Shown here: positions 16,205 through 29,981 of the stretch, piece by piece
Numbering within the stretch: the first letter of the stretch is position 1
Layout of the letters: every line of letters starts with the position of its first letter
Assembly (NCBI RefSeq): GCF_009914755.1
Contig: NC_060932.1
From: the human T2T-CHM13v2.0 reference genome, Homo sapiens
Reading direction: 5' to 3' (one strand)
Length of the DNA: 64,000 nucleotides
Program-made: the position numbers and the translations under genes
Notes under the pieces: generated by a model
Database searches by the model: none
What the model was told of the DNA's origin: nothing
The model's input: the letters and a program-made list of their open reading frames with translations, nothing else

Positions 16205-16386
16205 TTGTTTTTTTCTCATGCTTGTACAGTACTCAGACCGATCAGTCTTCTTAAACTGAAAGGTTAGTAAATAAAATATTACATTATTGCTTTAATTTGA
16301 ATCTCTGAGTATTGGTGAAGTTGAGTATCTTTTTATCTTTTTGTGTTTACTGGCTGGTTATATTTTTTCTTCTGTGATCTAACTGC

Positions 16387-16640
16387 TGTCAGGATCTGGG
16401 ATTTTACCCAGTGCAAGCTAGTAAGTTATCTTGTTAGTGTTTCATGGGTGCTGGCAGAAGGAATAAGACTCCTGGTCAGAAGCAAAGAAGTCTATTGCTT
16501 GTGGCATGGCAAGCAGCATGAGCATCATGTTTTCATTGGTTCCCCTTGTTCCCAAGTCCCACAAGCGTGATGCAGAAGTGCCCCCAGGGGGATGCTCTGC
16601 TTGCAGTAGACATTTGGCACAGTTGAGGAACTTGTAAAAT
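16387..16640. mobile_element. ERVL-class LTR fragment (MER76/LTR47-like) within old L1 sequence
   Basis: gatctgggattttacccagtgcaagctagtaagtta...tttcatgggtgctggcagaag...agactcctggtcaga. Confidence 0.55.
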
Positions 16641-17009
16641 CTACCTTTTCTCTGTGATTATGTATCATTTTCTCATTGATTTGTAAGAGCTCTCTCCTAT
16701 CAGAATGAATATTCCTTCACCTGTCATCAAATGTTACCTGTCTTATTCCAGTTTACTTTTTAAAATTTGATTTTATCATGGGTTTCATGCCATACATACA
16801 AAAGTCTACCCTATTATAACATTTTAAAAATATTAACATGTTTCTTCTCTTACACTTTCACTTCTTAGCCTTCAGCAGTTTTATCCTTTTGGAGTTTACT
16901 TTTGTGTAAAGAATGATGTAGGGACCCACTTTGGTTTTACCAAGTGACTAGTTAGTTCTTGCAGCTTCATTTTCCGTCTTTCTCCTACTTATTTGGTGTG
17001 GCACCTTCA

Positions 17010-17013
<4 letters not shown>

Positions 17014-17040
<27 letters not shown>

Positions 17041-17330
17041 GAGGCAGATTCTTGCTCTGTCGCCGAGGCTGGAGTGCAGTCACTGGTGTGACCGCTGCTC
17101 ACTGCAATCTCTGCCTCCTGGGTTCAAGTAGTTCCCCTGCCTCAGCCTCCCGAGTAGCTGGGATTACAGGTGCACGCCACCACACCTGGCTAACTAATTT
17201 TTGTATTTTTAGTGGAGATGGGGTTTCACCACGTTGGCCAGGCTGGTCTCAAACTCCTGACCTCAGGTGATCTGCCCGCCTCGGCCTCCCAAAGTGCCGG
17301 GATTACAGGCACAAGCCACCATGCCTGGCT
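17014..17330 (-). mobile_element. Alu (AluS-type), antisense, 390 nt upstream of an exon
   Basis: T27 tail; TSD GGCACCTTCATT (17000-17011 / 17331-17342). Confidence 0.95.
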
Positions 17331-17720
17331 GGCACCTTCATTGCATAGTAAGATTTTGTCTGTACTTAGCCCTTTCTCTGCTATTTTATTCTTTTAATCT
17401 ATTTGTATGTTACTACACTAGCCTTATCTTTTACTTACTATGGGTTTATAATACATTTAACACCTTGTAGAATTTGTTCTCCATTATTACTTTTAAAATT
17501 TTGGCTGTTTTTATATATTATTCTTGAATTGGTCTTTAAAAATAAACAGGATGAATATACAATAATATGAAAAGAAATCCTAAACTACTGTCTTTTATAA
17601 CCTTATTCTCCTCTAAAGGTCTTAATGTTATAATTTTTATAAAGGTTTAATTTGAATTTCAACAAATATAAAAGCATAGTTTCTATTTGCAACTTCTAAA
17701 TTTTTTTTATTTTAACATAG

Positions 17721-17917
17721 GTTCCTTGTAGCTTGGAATACTGGGATGAACTCCAGAAGGTTTTTGTTGCATTTAGAGAATTTAATCTGTCTGAAAGCAA
17801 AGTTTGTGAACTGCAGTTGCCGGATATCAATCTCGTGAATGACCAGAAGAAATTAGTATCTTCAGATCTTTGGAGAATTGTCTTGAACAGCAGTCAAAAT
17901 GGAGCTGATGACCAAAG
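17721..17917 (+). CDS. VPS13B: VPS13B internal coding exon (197 nt, phase 0 to 2): VPCSLEYWDELQKVFVAFREFNLSESKVCELQLPDINLVNDQKKLVSSDLWRIVLNSSQNGADDQ(S)
   Basis: Poly-T tract plus acatag acceptor ending at 17720; donor AAG|gtaatt at 17918; open frame; peptide recognised as VPS13B; phase matches the next exon. Confidence 0.95.
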
Positions 17918-18414
17918 GTAATTCATTGAAAGATGATATGGTAGCATTACACTGGGAAACAATGATAAGTCATCTTTTCCTATCTAGTGACCCCTCACTT
18001 AACTGTATCTCAGCTGTCTAGCAGCTGCATCTCTCTGAACAACAGATGAGAACCACAAAGAAAGACAAAATCTGATGTTTCAAAGTCTGCATACTCAAAA
18101 TCCTGTGTTTTTACTCATAATACAGCTCTGTGAGCCCTCACTAAGAACCTGTTCCTTAAATATAAAAAGAAAAAAATGGAAAAAAGCAAGTTAAACAAAA
18201 AGTCTAGTCATCTTCAACCTCAAAATACAGAGGCATACAGTCATACACACACCTCAATAGAAGCTTAATGACATCATAATCAATATGTGTAATGATTATC
18301 CTGGGGCATTAAAAGAAATGTTAAAAAAAAATTGAATTGTCTCCTTCTAAAAGGTAAATTTTAGGAATATTTTCATCTTAATTGTTTTTTTAAAACTTTA
18401 AAAGACAAGCCTCC

Positions 18415-18440
18415 CCTAGGTGACAAAGTGCAACTCTCTC

Positions 18441-18468
<28 letters not shown>
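18415..18468 (+). mobile_element. Extremely 5'-truncated Alu 3' tip with A28 tail
   Basis: cctaggtgacaaagtgcaactctctc plus A28; TSD-like gacaagcctcc / gacagtcctcc. Confidence 0.6.
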
Positions 18469-18471
<3 letters not shown>

Positions 18472-18596
18472 GACAGTCCTCCAGACACTAAGAAACTTGT
18501 GTAGCTAACCAAAATAACTCATACCCAATGGATTTTATACAGATAAAGTTTTATCCACCTATAAAGCCTCACTGGCCATAAAGAATCCCTAGAGCT

Positions 18597-18892
18597 GGCC
18601 GGGCACAGTGGCTCGCAGTTGTAATCCCAGCACTTTGGAAGGCTAAGGCGGGTAGACTGCTTGAGCCCATGAGTTTGAGATCAGCCTGGGCAATGTGGTG
18701 AAACCCCATCTCTATAAAAAATACAAAACTAGCTGAGCATGGTGGCACACACCTGTAGTTCCAGCTACTTGGGAAGCTGTTGGGGAGAGGATCCCTTGAG
18801 CCCCGGAGGGTGAGGTTGCAGTGAGCCGTGATCTCACCACTGCACTCCAGCCTGGGTGACAAAGCAAGACCCTGTCACACACACCAAAAAAA
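18597..18892 (+). mobile_element. Alu (AluJ-type)
   Basis: Dimeric Alu; TSD-like AATCCCTAGA / AATCTCTAGA. Confidence 0.93.
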
Positions 18893-20826
18893 ATCTCTAG
18901 ACCAGATTATCCTCATTTCAGTTTTTGCCTACTTAACACATCCACTAATTTACAGTAGAGAAAAATAGCTTCAGCAATCTATTCTTCAGCACTTCTAGCT
19001 TACACACATTTGCTAAGTCCCTTTGCTCATGCCCCCATAAAAGACGATAAACAAAGTAAACCACAACCAGTGGAACAGCTTTCTTGGGTCATATACTATC
19101 ATGTGTACTGTGAGGCTATGCTGTTCATTGCTGTGGATGCCCTACGTGCCACTTCTCCTGATGGGCTGGCTTAGTGTTGTTATCTTATTCCTTTTATGTA
19201 ATACCTTCTTCTTTCCCTGGAAACAACATTCTGACAGTAACAGAAAAAAAACCATCCACCATTCCAATACCTTGCAAATCAAATGTTTTTTCTTTTCTCT
19301 GTTACCGTTCTTTTTGCCCATATGTGTACACGCTTTTACAAGGTTATAATCATAGCACACCACTTTGTATTCCAGTTCCTACTTTTTATTATAAATTATT
19401 GTGAATACTTTTTCTTTGGAAATATTTATTTTTATTAACATATGTTCATTGAAGAACATTTGGAAAATAAAACAATACTGCCCATAATTACAAGGAGATA
19501 ACTTCTGTTAACATTTTGGTTTGTAGCCTCATAGTCTTTTTCATTGATTATTTTGTATGCTTGATAATAATGTGTTTTGTGTTTTATATTTCATATATTC
19601 TATTTCTAGGTCATTTGGGCTCTTTAAAAATATTTACTTTCCTAACAGTTTAGCTAGTATTGTAGAATTAGTGAAAATATATTAGAGAAGTAGTGTTTTA
19701 ATTTTACCTGCATATAGTTCAGCAATAAAAAGAACACCCATCCTGTGATGAATTATTTCATGGATGGAAAGATTGCTTTTTCTAAGTTCAGGTTATCTCA
19801 TCAGAAACCAGGAAATCTCAGAAAATAGAGCTATGGATAACTAAATTGATTTTTTTAAATCTGAGTTTCATTAATAGTATCAAGTTAGAAATGACTTCTT
19901 GATTCTAATTATGAAGTAATACATTTTCACCATCGAAAGAAGCATTGTAGAGAAAGCTAATGCCTCTGAATCTGAAACATTTATAAAAATTACTTTTGTG
20001 GTAAGCTTAGCAGTATAGAAATGTGGAGCCTTTAGGAAACAGAAATTTAAGCAGATAATCAAATTCAGGCAGTTTTTCACCAAGCATCTGACATTGTAGT
20101 CACAGATCTTTGTCCTCACCAGGGATTTTTCACCTTACCTAATATTTCACAATTTATCTCACTTTAAATTGTTTGAGACTAATCATTTTTCAGATAGAAG
20201 TTGATATTAATGAAATTAAATTAGAAGAGCTGGTTTAAAAGTCAACAAAATAAAACACTATTAAGGATTATATTTGTTTCATCCAATTTCTAGAAAGAAA
20301 ACAGTAATGATTTGATAATATGTCAATATTTCATGCAGACAGAAAGCTTTTACAGTTAGCCTCAGTATATTCTGTCACAAGAGAAATCTAAATCTGGACA
20401 AAAACCTGGTACTTTTATGATTAGAGATTGTCTTATAAAGGATAGTCTCAGTGGTTTGAGAAGGATTTACATCAGACTATTGGACATTACTGGAAGAAAG
20501 GTCACAAAAATATATCCCATGAAGCCTAATTTAAAAAGAAGAGCCTCTTGCCTATAATTGAGATGAAGTTTTAATGTTCCTGTGGTAATGGCATCACCGT
20601 AAATATGTAAATAGAGATAGCATTTAATAGATGTAGAAGACCTCTATTCCACCTTTCAAGGTGAAGACCTAGGTTTAAGGCCTGGCTCCATCAACAATAT
20701 GCTATTTGGTGTTGTGAGATTGATTTCTAAACTGAGACTTTAAGGAATGAATAGGCACTAACCAGTTCAATGGATGACAGGGAGCCCCCAGTGCAAATGA
20801 CCAAAGACAAAATAGAGTCAATAATT

Positions 20827-21132
<306 letters not shown>

Positions 21133-21392
21133 TTAGGTTCCTATATCTTTAACTAATGGTTTGCTTGATCATATTATGGTTTTTGGGAGGGAGCATTTGA
21201 AGTAAATGTTGACCTTTATAGTACTGACCTTTGAAAGCCTTCCCCTTCTATTTGCTGTGCACTGGACTAGAGGCAAGGGATGCACCCTCTGGAGCCCTGG
21301 TCATGCTATCCATTTCAGCTGTTTATCTTACTCCCATCGTGTATGTATTTGTCCACACCCATTGCCTGTTTCCAAAGCCTAAGTAAACCTCT

Positions 21393-21823
21393 TATCAGTC
21401 AGGTTCTGACAGGAAACAGATGGCAACTCAGACTGGGTGACTGGGGAAAGTTTAATGAACTGCAAAAGTATGGGCTAGGAACCCTGGGAAACTGTCCCAA
21501 TCTTAGGCCAAAAGAAGCCAGGTGATAGAGCCATTATCAAAACTCTAACTCAGCGAGGATGTTTGTAGCTACGTTTGGTAGAGGAACACAGCTAATGTAC
21601 AGAGATCTGGCTGCAAAGGAACCGGGAAAATACATACCCTTACCTCATTCCTCTTCTGCCTTCTAAGTCACCTTGTGGGTACCTCCCACTGACTGAATCC
21701 GAGGACAAGCCAGAGGACAAAGTAGCTTGTTGGTGCAGTCCAGAAAGCTCCCTTCCGGAGGCAAAGAAGAAGGTGGGGAATGGTAGAAGGTGGGTCAAGA
21801 GAGCAAACAGAAGACATCCAGCA
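21393..21823 (-). mobile_element. LTR33-like ERVL LTR
   Basis: caggaaacagatggcaactca...cctcccactgactgaatcc...aagccagaggacaaagtagcttgttggtgcagtcca...gcaaacagaagacatccagca. Confidence 0.65.
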
Positions 21824-23316
21824 AGTGCACACTCTTATTTGCAATTGGCAGCTTCTTACCAGGTGACTAACCCTGCGAGGAACAAAAGGGAAAAGGAATC
21901 ATGAGCCCTACTCTCTTGGGCCAGCCTGGCAGGTTCCCTGGGTTTGAAATCAATCAGGTGTCTTCTGATGGATCAGAACAATTTTTACTTTATTTATTCC
22001 CTCTTACCTTCACCCCTAGAGAGCTAATTCCAGAAATACTTATTTTGGCTGTGGAAAGTCACACAAATTACAGACATTTATTATATAACACAATAGTAAC
22101 TGTGCAGATCTCAATATGTATGTCTGGTTAATTCTGTATAAGTTGTTTGATGATAATGTTAAACTCTTGATCTGTGCCAAGACTTTGGTACTTTCCTGTC
22201 CATATTTCATGGTCATCTTCTCACAATATTAAAGCATGTGAGAGCAGATTGCTTGTAAGGACTTTTTATCTCTACCCACAAAATGCTGACTCATGACAGA
22301 AGGCATCTTGGAAAGAGAAATGGCTTAAGGGTGTATGGCTCTTTCTTCATGTGATAAAAATTAAACCTCTGGCGAGTTGTATAAAGTGCTTTTTAATATA
22401 TCTATATATTTTTTCTTCCTACTCCCTTAAGGTCTCATAAAAGAAATCACTGTCCACTCATATTTGGGAATCTTTGAGACAGTGATCCACAGCCTGTGTA
22501 TATATGAGTGTGTGAATGTGAAGAAGAACTCCTTTTCATTTCCCAAAACCTTTATTCTTGTGTATATAGACAGTGGAGGAATCAGAGAAAGCGTGATGAT
22601 GAATAAGTCCCTGAATCATTTCTTTTCTCTCTGCTGGTTGAACTCTCTCCTCCCAAAAAGTGACTGTGGCCTTCCAGATATTGTTTCTCTCCATTTGGCT
22701 ACTTGGGTCTGCCCTTTTAGATGTATCTAGATTTTTGGGTAATTCATTTAGTGTTATAAGCCATTTATACATAAATCTTGACATTTGGAACTGCTTTGTC
22801 ACCTGTGTTTCTAGTTACACACTGGTATAATCCAGGATTTATCCAGAAAATTCTTTCCTTTACCCTTCCCTAAGGCTAAAGCTGAGTTTTTGTCTTCTCT
22901 TCCTTGAATGGAAGGAATACTTACATTTTTTCCCCAGGTTTGCTTTTGAGGCCCTTTGCTATTTTCTTTTAGGTGGTGATTGAACTCTGTATACGAAGTC
23001 CTCCAGGGAGTTGGCCTTTGCCATGCAGTCCTTCTTGCATACACAGTCCCTGAAGTACTCAGGTGCTGCTCAGGTCTCAGAGTTCTTGGATGATGGTACT
23101 TATGAGCTCTCTATGTCGTATTGCCTACTCTATGAACCTTGGGAGATTACTCTTCCTTTTTTTTTTTTTTTAAGTTAGATTTAAAGGAGTGTTTTACCTG
23201 AAGGCTCATTTAAGGTTATTTTTCAAACTACAAACTGGAGCACATTCATGGGTTATGAAATAGCTGGTTACAACTGGAATTTTTTTAATAACATAAAATA
23301 AAATAGAAAATAGTTT

Positions 23317-23605
23317 GAAAAAGACAAATATTATATGATTCTACTTACATGAGATCCCAAGAGTAGTCAAATTCATAAAGAGCATAGTGGTGGCTGTCAG
23401 GGGCTGTGGGGAGGGGAGAGTAGGGAGTGAGGGTTTAATGGACATGGAGTTTCAGCTTGGGAAAATCAAAAAGTTCTAGAGATGGATGGTGGTGATGGTT
23501 GCACAACAATGTGAATGTACTTAATGTCACTGAACTGTACACTTTAAAATGGTTAAAATGATAAATTTTATGCTATATAAGTTAATATATTATCACAATA
23601 GAAAA
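23317..23605 (+). mobile_element. L1MB-type 3' end
   Basis: aagttctagagatggatggtggtgatggttgcacaacaatgtgaatgtacttaatgtcactgaactgtacac. Confidence 0.88.
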
Positions 23606-24245
23606 TAGTATGCATCATATTTTCAGAAAACCTTTTCCCCTGTTTTATATGTGTATACTGGATTACAATAAAAGTGTGCTTGTTATTTGGAGTTAGGGTT
23701 AAGACATTTGGAAAACAACCATTGTAAGGAGTGGAAGAAATGCAGTGCAACAGGCACACACTCCTGCATCCTCTCTCACCTCTCTCCTGCGTCCTCTCTC
23801 AGCCATTCAGCACTCTCACGGGATGGACAGAGCAGTGTTCATGCAGTGGGTAGGGGAGAATTTATGTGAACCAACGTTGAGAGACAGTGCCCCATTGAGA
23901 TGAATGCCAGTATGCTGTTGTGAGATCCCTCTTAGGAAGCTAAAGATAATCAATTAACATTAACCTATGTAGCCAGTATGGTACCTTGTCTTGCCCGCAA
24001 GAAAAAGAGGAATGGATTTTTTTCATCATTTGTTTTTAATCAAGTGGTGGACATCATGCTAAGTAGTTTATATGCAGTAGCTCATGTAATACTTGAAAAA
24101 GGTAGGTCTAATTACTGTACTCATTTTATAAATGAAAAATACAGAGACTTAGCCAGGTGAAATAACTTGCATAATACTATAGTATAAATGATAGCAGCGC
24201 ATACATTATTCTAGGTTCTCCTACCTTGGTCATTCTCTGCTTAAT

Positions 24246-24289
24246 CTCACAATCATGGCGGAAGGCAAGGAGGAGCAAGTCATGTCTTA
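24246..24289 (-). mobile_element. Isolated 44-bp THE1 LTR snippet
   Basis: CTCACAATCATGGCGGAAGGCAAGGAGGAGCAAGTCATGTCTTA, 41/44 identical to 28300-28343. Confidence 0.85.
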
Positions 24290-26561
24290 ATCTCTATGCT
24301 ATATTATCCTATATTATAAAATCTTTATTACCATAAAGGGATCCATAGAGAAGTGACATTCAGAGCTGGATCTTTAGGGATTGTGCCTAGGTCCCCACAG
24401 TGCCATTAAGATAGGATCAGTCTACATCTAGATGTACTGAACACTCCTTGTTTAAAGAATTGATCCCCTCTGTAGGTCACTCAGGACAGTTGGTAAGTAA
24501 CTCTTTGGCTAAAATGAAGGTATAAATAAAACACCTGCCATCCTTCTCACTGTCTAGGATATTTCCACTATCCTAAAAACAACACTTAAATAACCCTCTG
24601 AACTTAAAGCTACTTGAATAAATTACTGAATCGTGAATTGTGTTTATTACTATTTGAGAGGTCTTGCTTCCAGGAACTATTTTCCAGTTAAAAGTGAAGA
24701 GCACCAGATAATTCTGTGAACACTGTCATTGGCCATGAATTTGACCTGTTTTGAAAGTCTTCTGGGAAAAGGGGAAATATTGAAATATAAATATTATAAG
24801 TTGTGATATTTTTTACTTTTCTTTTTCTGCTTATTATACATCTGATGTTTGACCTTTTAAGATGTGAATCAGATTAAAATCCACTGTTGTACTTAATTAG
24901 GGAAATTATACAAATGTAGCTACTGCAAGTCTCTAGCAGGGTCATCACTCATATTTATGACTATTTAGTCCTATTGTACTTAGATCATTTTAATCCTTAG
25001 GTAAAAGGTAAACACATACATGCTACTTTTATAGTATATAATGGTGATTTAAGTTAAGAATATCAAAAACTATAAATGTGCTAATGTAAAATAAAGTTGT
25101 ATTCAAATTACATATACTATATTTTGTGTTTAAGAAGTGTGTGATTTTGTTGACTCCGATTTTTAAATAAAAGTTTTAATTTTTGCATATAAATTAACCT
25201 AGTAACCATTTTAGTCGGGATTTCAAGATTGAAGGAGTATTGCTGACTAGAGTAGTGCTACTAGCACTAATGCTTACTGGAGTATGATTTTATGATTCAG
25301 GAGCTACTGTATATACCTAAAAATATGTCTAACCATTGCTTTGTGCATTCAATTTAGGAAAAGTGAAGAATCAATCAATTTGTTATAAGTAAAGATTGTA
25401 TTAGATACTCATGATGTTTTAGCAACCTTTTGTAATATGTTATAATATTTGCCACTCTCAGGAGATAGAAAAATAAATCTTGGAAAATATCAGAGTGTCA
25501 AAAACTATAATTGGTCAGAAAAATGCTCAAACTGTGTACCCATTTTAAAAAACTGGTCCCATAGAACTCTTGCCTGGATTTTTAATAATATTTTGACTAA
25601 CATTGTGCCCTATTTCTAAAAACTTACATGAGTAGTATAAGGGAAAGAGTTCAAATGTGTAAAACACATGTACAACTAATATATTTTCCTCTTTCTGAAT
25701 AAATACAAGTTTTAATTTTATCTTGCCAATGAAATCTTTTGTTAACTCTACAAATTCCTAGAAAGTTACTTGGATTACTGTGCCCATTATAGATGTTTTA
25801 AGAATATACTTAGCTGCATTTTTGTGCATAGTCAATAACCTAGTGCTCCAGAGTCTGTTTTCTTTGTCTGCAATGGAGATTTACTAGCATTGCAGTAAAT
25901 GCTTACACCACATAACTGAAAACCCTTTGAGGTTAAACAACTCAGTAAACATGCTGGAATGCTCCTAGCTTTCATTTTCACCAGCCTGTTTCACAACCTC
26001 TTTCAAAACCCAATGGAAGATTCACACCTCTGAAAATCCCACATGATTCACCCATGCCATTAAGTTCCTCTTGTGTTTCCACCCTGGCAGCACTTCCCAC
26101 TTTCCTATTCCTGGGGGGTCGTTCTGTTTGGTAATTTTTGTAAATGTCTACGTATTGAGTATCACCAGTTAGACTGTGAGTTCTTTGAAAATCAAGGATT
26201 TGTTTCTTTAGTGCTTCCTGTCATAGTTCTCCCTAGGATACTGTAAATGACATTGCTTGTCCTTAGGCTCCTCATGGATTTGGGAGCCAGGCTGTGATAG
26301 CTACAGAGCATATTTCAGGATGAAAAGAAGAGAGTGGAAGACAGTGAGCTGTGGGGAAAGGGCAACATTGATTCGGTGATCCACAATTAACAGGACACAC
26401 CTTGTTCTCCTCCAACAATCCCAAATTCCCAGGTCTCGTGCTCCTGTTAGCATTAATGCAATCTAGGCAGCATGCTTCCCGTGCACAGCAGCAGCCACCA
26501 TGTGCAGACATCTTCCCTTCTATGGATGCCATCACTATTCACTTTAATCAGATTTAACTCA

Positions 26562-26870
<309 letters not shown>

Positions 26871-27307
26871 TTAACTTGTATAAAATAGTGTTAAGAGGAT
26901 GGGCAAGTGAAGAGAGGACCCATGCATTGTAATTGTCCATGGGACCCTCATTCTTCTGGATATGGTCATAACTTTTATGGCACCCGTTACAGTAGTGAGT
27001 GAGTGCTTAATAAAGAATATTGACTGACTCCTATGGAAATATGGGTATGGACAATCTGGAGAAGTAAAACAAGGGTGAAATATTTATGGTGACACTGAAG
27101 TATTGGGTTTTTGAGTGGCAGAGTCATACTCTGAACTGCATTGATCTTAAACTAATAACAGAACAAATGGCCCGTAAGTTTTGTGAGATGTGGATGGAAG
27201 CACATTGATTTGGAGATCAGTATGATCATAGATCAGTATGAGTTGGCATTTGAGGAATCCTTTAAAAGTTTTCTGTGAACAATTCATAGAGAATAATCAA
27301 CATGATT

Positions 27308-27544
27308 CCAGGCTGGAATGCAGTGCACGACAGCCTTGACCTGCTGTGCTTAAGCAATTCTCCCACCTCAACCACCAAGTAGCTGAGACTGCAGGTGCAT
27401 GCCACCACATCCAGCTAATTTTCTGGATGAGGTGAGGTCTCACTATGTTACCCAGGCTGGTCTCGAACTCCTGAGCTGAAGTGATCCTGCTGCCTCAGCC
27501 TCCCAAAGTACTAGGATAACAAGCATGAGCCACTGCACCTGGCC
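27308..27544 (-). mobile_element. Alu (AluJ-type), partial, antisense
   Basis: ccaggctggaatgcagtg...cctcccaaagtactaggataacaagcatgagccactgcacctggcc. Confidence 0.88.
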
Positions 27545-27724
27545 AAACACGAGCTTAATTTTAAAAAATAGCTAATTTACATAGGAAAATACAGAAGATT
27601 TGATAAAATATTGACTATAGGATTTTCAGTACTAGTTTTAGAAACCCTTATAAAAAGACGTTTCACTCATATAATATTGGGAAATTTTGGTTATTGAACT
27701 TCTTTTATCACTTCTTTCCCATAG

Positions 27725-27906
27725 CTCTGCAAGTGAGTCTGGTTCTCAAAGCACTTGTGATCCACTTGTGACTCCAACAGCCCTGGCTGCCTGTACCAGA
27801 GTTGACTCCTGCTTTACCCCATGGTTTGTCCCATCCCTTTGCGTTTCTTTCCAGTTTGCTCACCTGGAATTCCATCTTTGTCATCACCTTGACCAACTAG
27901 GCACAG
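27725..27906 (+). CDS. VPS13B: VPS13B internal coding exon (182 nt, phase 2 to 1): (S)SASESGSQSTCDPLVTPTALAACTRVDSCFTPWFVPSLCVSFQFAHLEFHLCHHLDQLGT
   Basis: cttctttcccatag acceptor; CAG|gtactc donor at 27907; AG+C across the junction gives Ser and keeps the frame. Confidence 0.94.
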
Positions 27907-28201
27907 GTACTCTTTTTTTTAGCATCAGAATAACATCCATTTAATACTTACCATTTTCTCTTGAGTGTTTTCAAAAGAGAAGTCAACAATCTTAGATAAT
28001 GTATTTTCAGGAAGTATAAAGCGAGCAGTGGCAAAGTTATCCTGGGGTTGACTTGGCAAAACAGGCATAACCTTTACTTCTGAACCAGCTTATGAACCCA
28101 TTATATAAGTTGTCAATGGTATTGAGCTGACATGTTTTTGAATGCTACCTAATGAGAATTTTTCAAGGAAGTTAGTTTTACTGTAATTCTAATTATGATC
28201 T

Positions 28202-28532
28202 TGTATTAGTTCATTTTTCACGCTGCTGATAAAGACATACCCAAGACTGGGAAGAAAAAGAGATTTAATGGACTTACAGTTCCACATGGCTGGGGAGACC
28301 TCACAATCATGGTGGAAGGCAAGGAGGAGCAGGTCACGTCTTACATGGAAGGCAACAGGCTAAGAGAGCTTGTGCAGGGAAACTCGTTTTTTTATAACCA
28401 TCAGATCTCGTGAGACTTATTCACTATCACGAGAACAGTACAGGAAAGACCTGCCCCACTGATTCGATTATCTCCCACAACACGTGGGAATTCAAGATGA
28501 GATTTGGGTGGGGACACAACCAAACCATATCA
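28202..28532 (-). mobile_element. THE1 (THE1C-like) ERVL-MaLR solo LTR
   Basis: tgtattagttcatttttcacgctgctgataaagacatacc...gagatttgggtggggacacaaccaaaccatatca; 5-bp TSD GATCT/GATCA. Confidence 0.92.
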
Positions 28533-28899
28533 GATCACTTTGAAAGAAATATGTCTGTTCTTGTTCAGTATCCTGAGTCATTACATTAGTAGCAAATAGA
28601 TTCCAAAAATACTTGGTATTGCCTGATTTCAAAATCATGAATACTTTCCACAAAAGATAGGCACAGTCTCAAATTAATTTAAAGGGGTATCATTTTTACA
28701 AGTTTGGAAGGAAGTTTAAATTTTCCCACACACCAAAAGTGGCCTTTTATAAGCTTACTAATGTTATTTGAACAATTATTTCTCAATATGCTCTGTACCA
28801 AACCTTTTCTAGGTGATACATTTTGACTCATATATTAGGTTTTTGACCTACATGTAATGAAGGGAAGAGGAGAAAATCAGATTAAAACCAAACACAGCT

Positions 28900-29208
<309 letters not shown>

Positions 29209-29631
29209 TTAAGCATCTTGCCTTTTCAGCAAAAATGGAGTTTAACCTGCTTTCTCTAACTCTCTTTGAGTCATGTTTTTGTTTTGGTTTTGAGATTTGA
29301 TTGGTAGCTACAGAGCAGTTCTATAAAATTCTCTTTAGATAGATACCTGCTTTTCAGTTTATTTATTGGCTTCTGTGATCAATTTTTTGTGAAAGTTACT
29401 TTTGGACAATATATATTTAAGAGGCCTAATTGAACAAAACAGTTTTGTTTTCAAATATCAAATGGGAATCCAAAGATTATAATATCTTCAATAAATAATT
29501 TGAATTTATTAAACACCAAAAACTAATTTCAATAATCAAAAAGTGAATAGTTTGAATGTCATTTCACTCTTTATTTTCACAAAATATTGGCTCATCTTAA
29601 TTGCTGTTTTCCTTGTTTGTTTTCTCAACAG

Positions 29632-29981
29632 CTGCACCACAGTACCTACAGCCATTTGTTTCCGACAGAAATATGCCATCTGAACTAGAATACATGATTG
29701 TTTCCTTCAGAGAACCACACATGTATCTTCGACAGTGGAATAATGGTTCTGTCTGTCAGGAGATCCAGTTCTTAGCTCAAGCAGACTGTAAACTTCTAGA
29801 GTGCAGAAATGTCACTATGCAAAGTGTGGTGAAACCCTTCAGCATCTTCGGGCAGATGGCAGTTTCCAGCGATGTAGTGGAAAAGCTGCTTGACTGCACC
29901 GTGATAGTTGATTCTGTATTTGTAAACCTTGGACAGCATGTAGTCCATTCACTAAACACTGCAATACAAGCTTGGCAACAG
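29632..29981 (+). CDS. VPS13B: VPS13B internal coding exon (350 nt, phase 1 to 0): AAPQYLQPFVSDRNMPSELEYMIVSFREP...VHSLNTAIQAWQQ
   Basis: ttgttttctcaacag acceptor; CAG|gtatgc donor at 29982; lies in the longest ORF of the track; G+CT gives Ala and keeps the frame. Confidence 0.95.

Noticed and set aside
17721-17731. Alternative acceptor ttccttgtag 11 nt inside the exon
   Set aside because: It would frameshift, and the upstream AG gives the continuous frame. It is relevant only if the true AG were mutated.
25253-25269. TAGTGCTA-C-TAGCACTA inverted repeat
   Set aside because: An 8-bp stem is too short for a pre-miRNA or MITE and is expected by chance.
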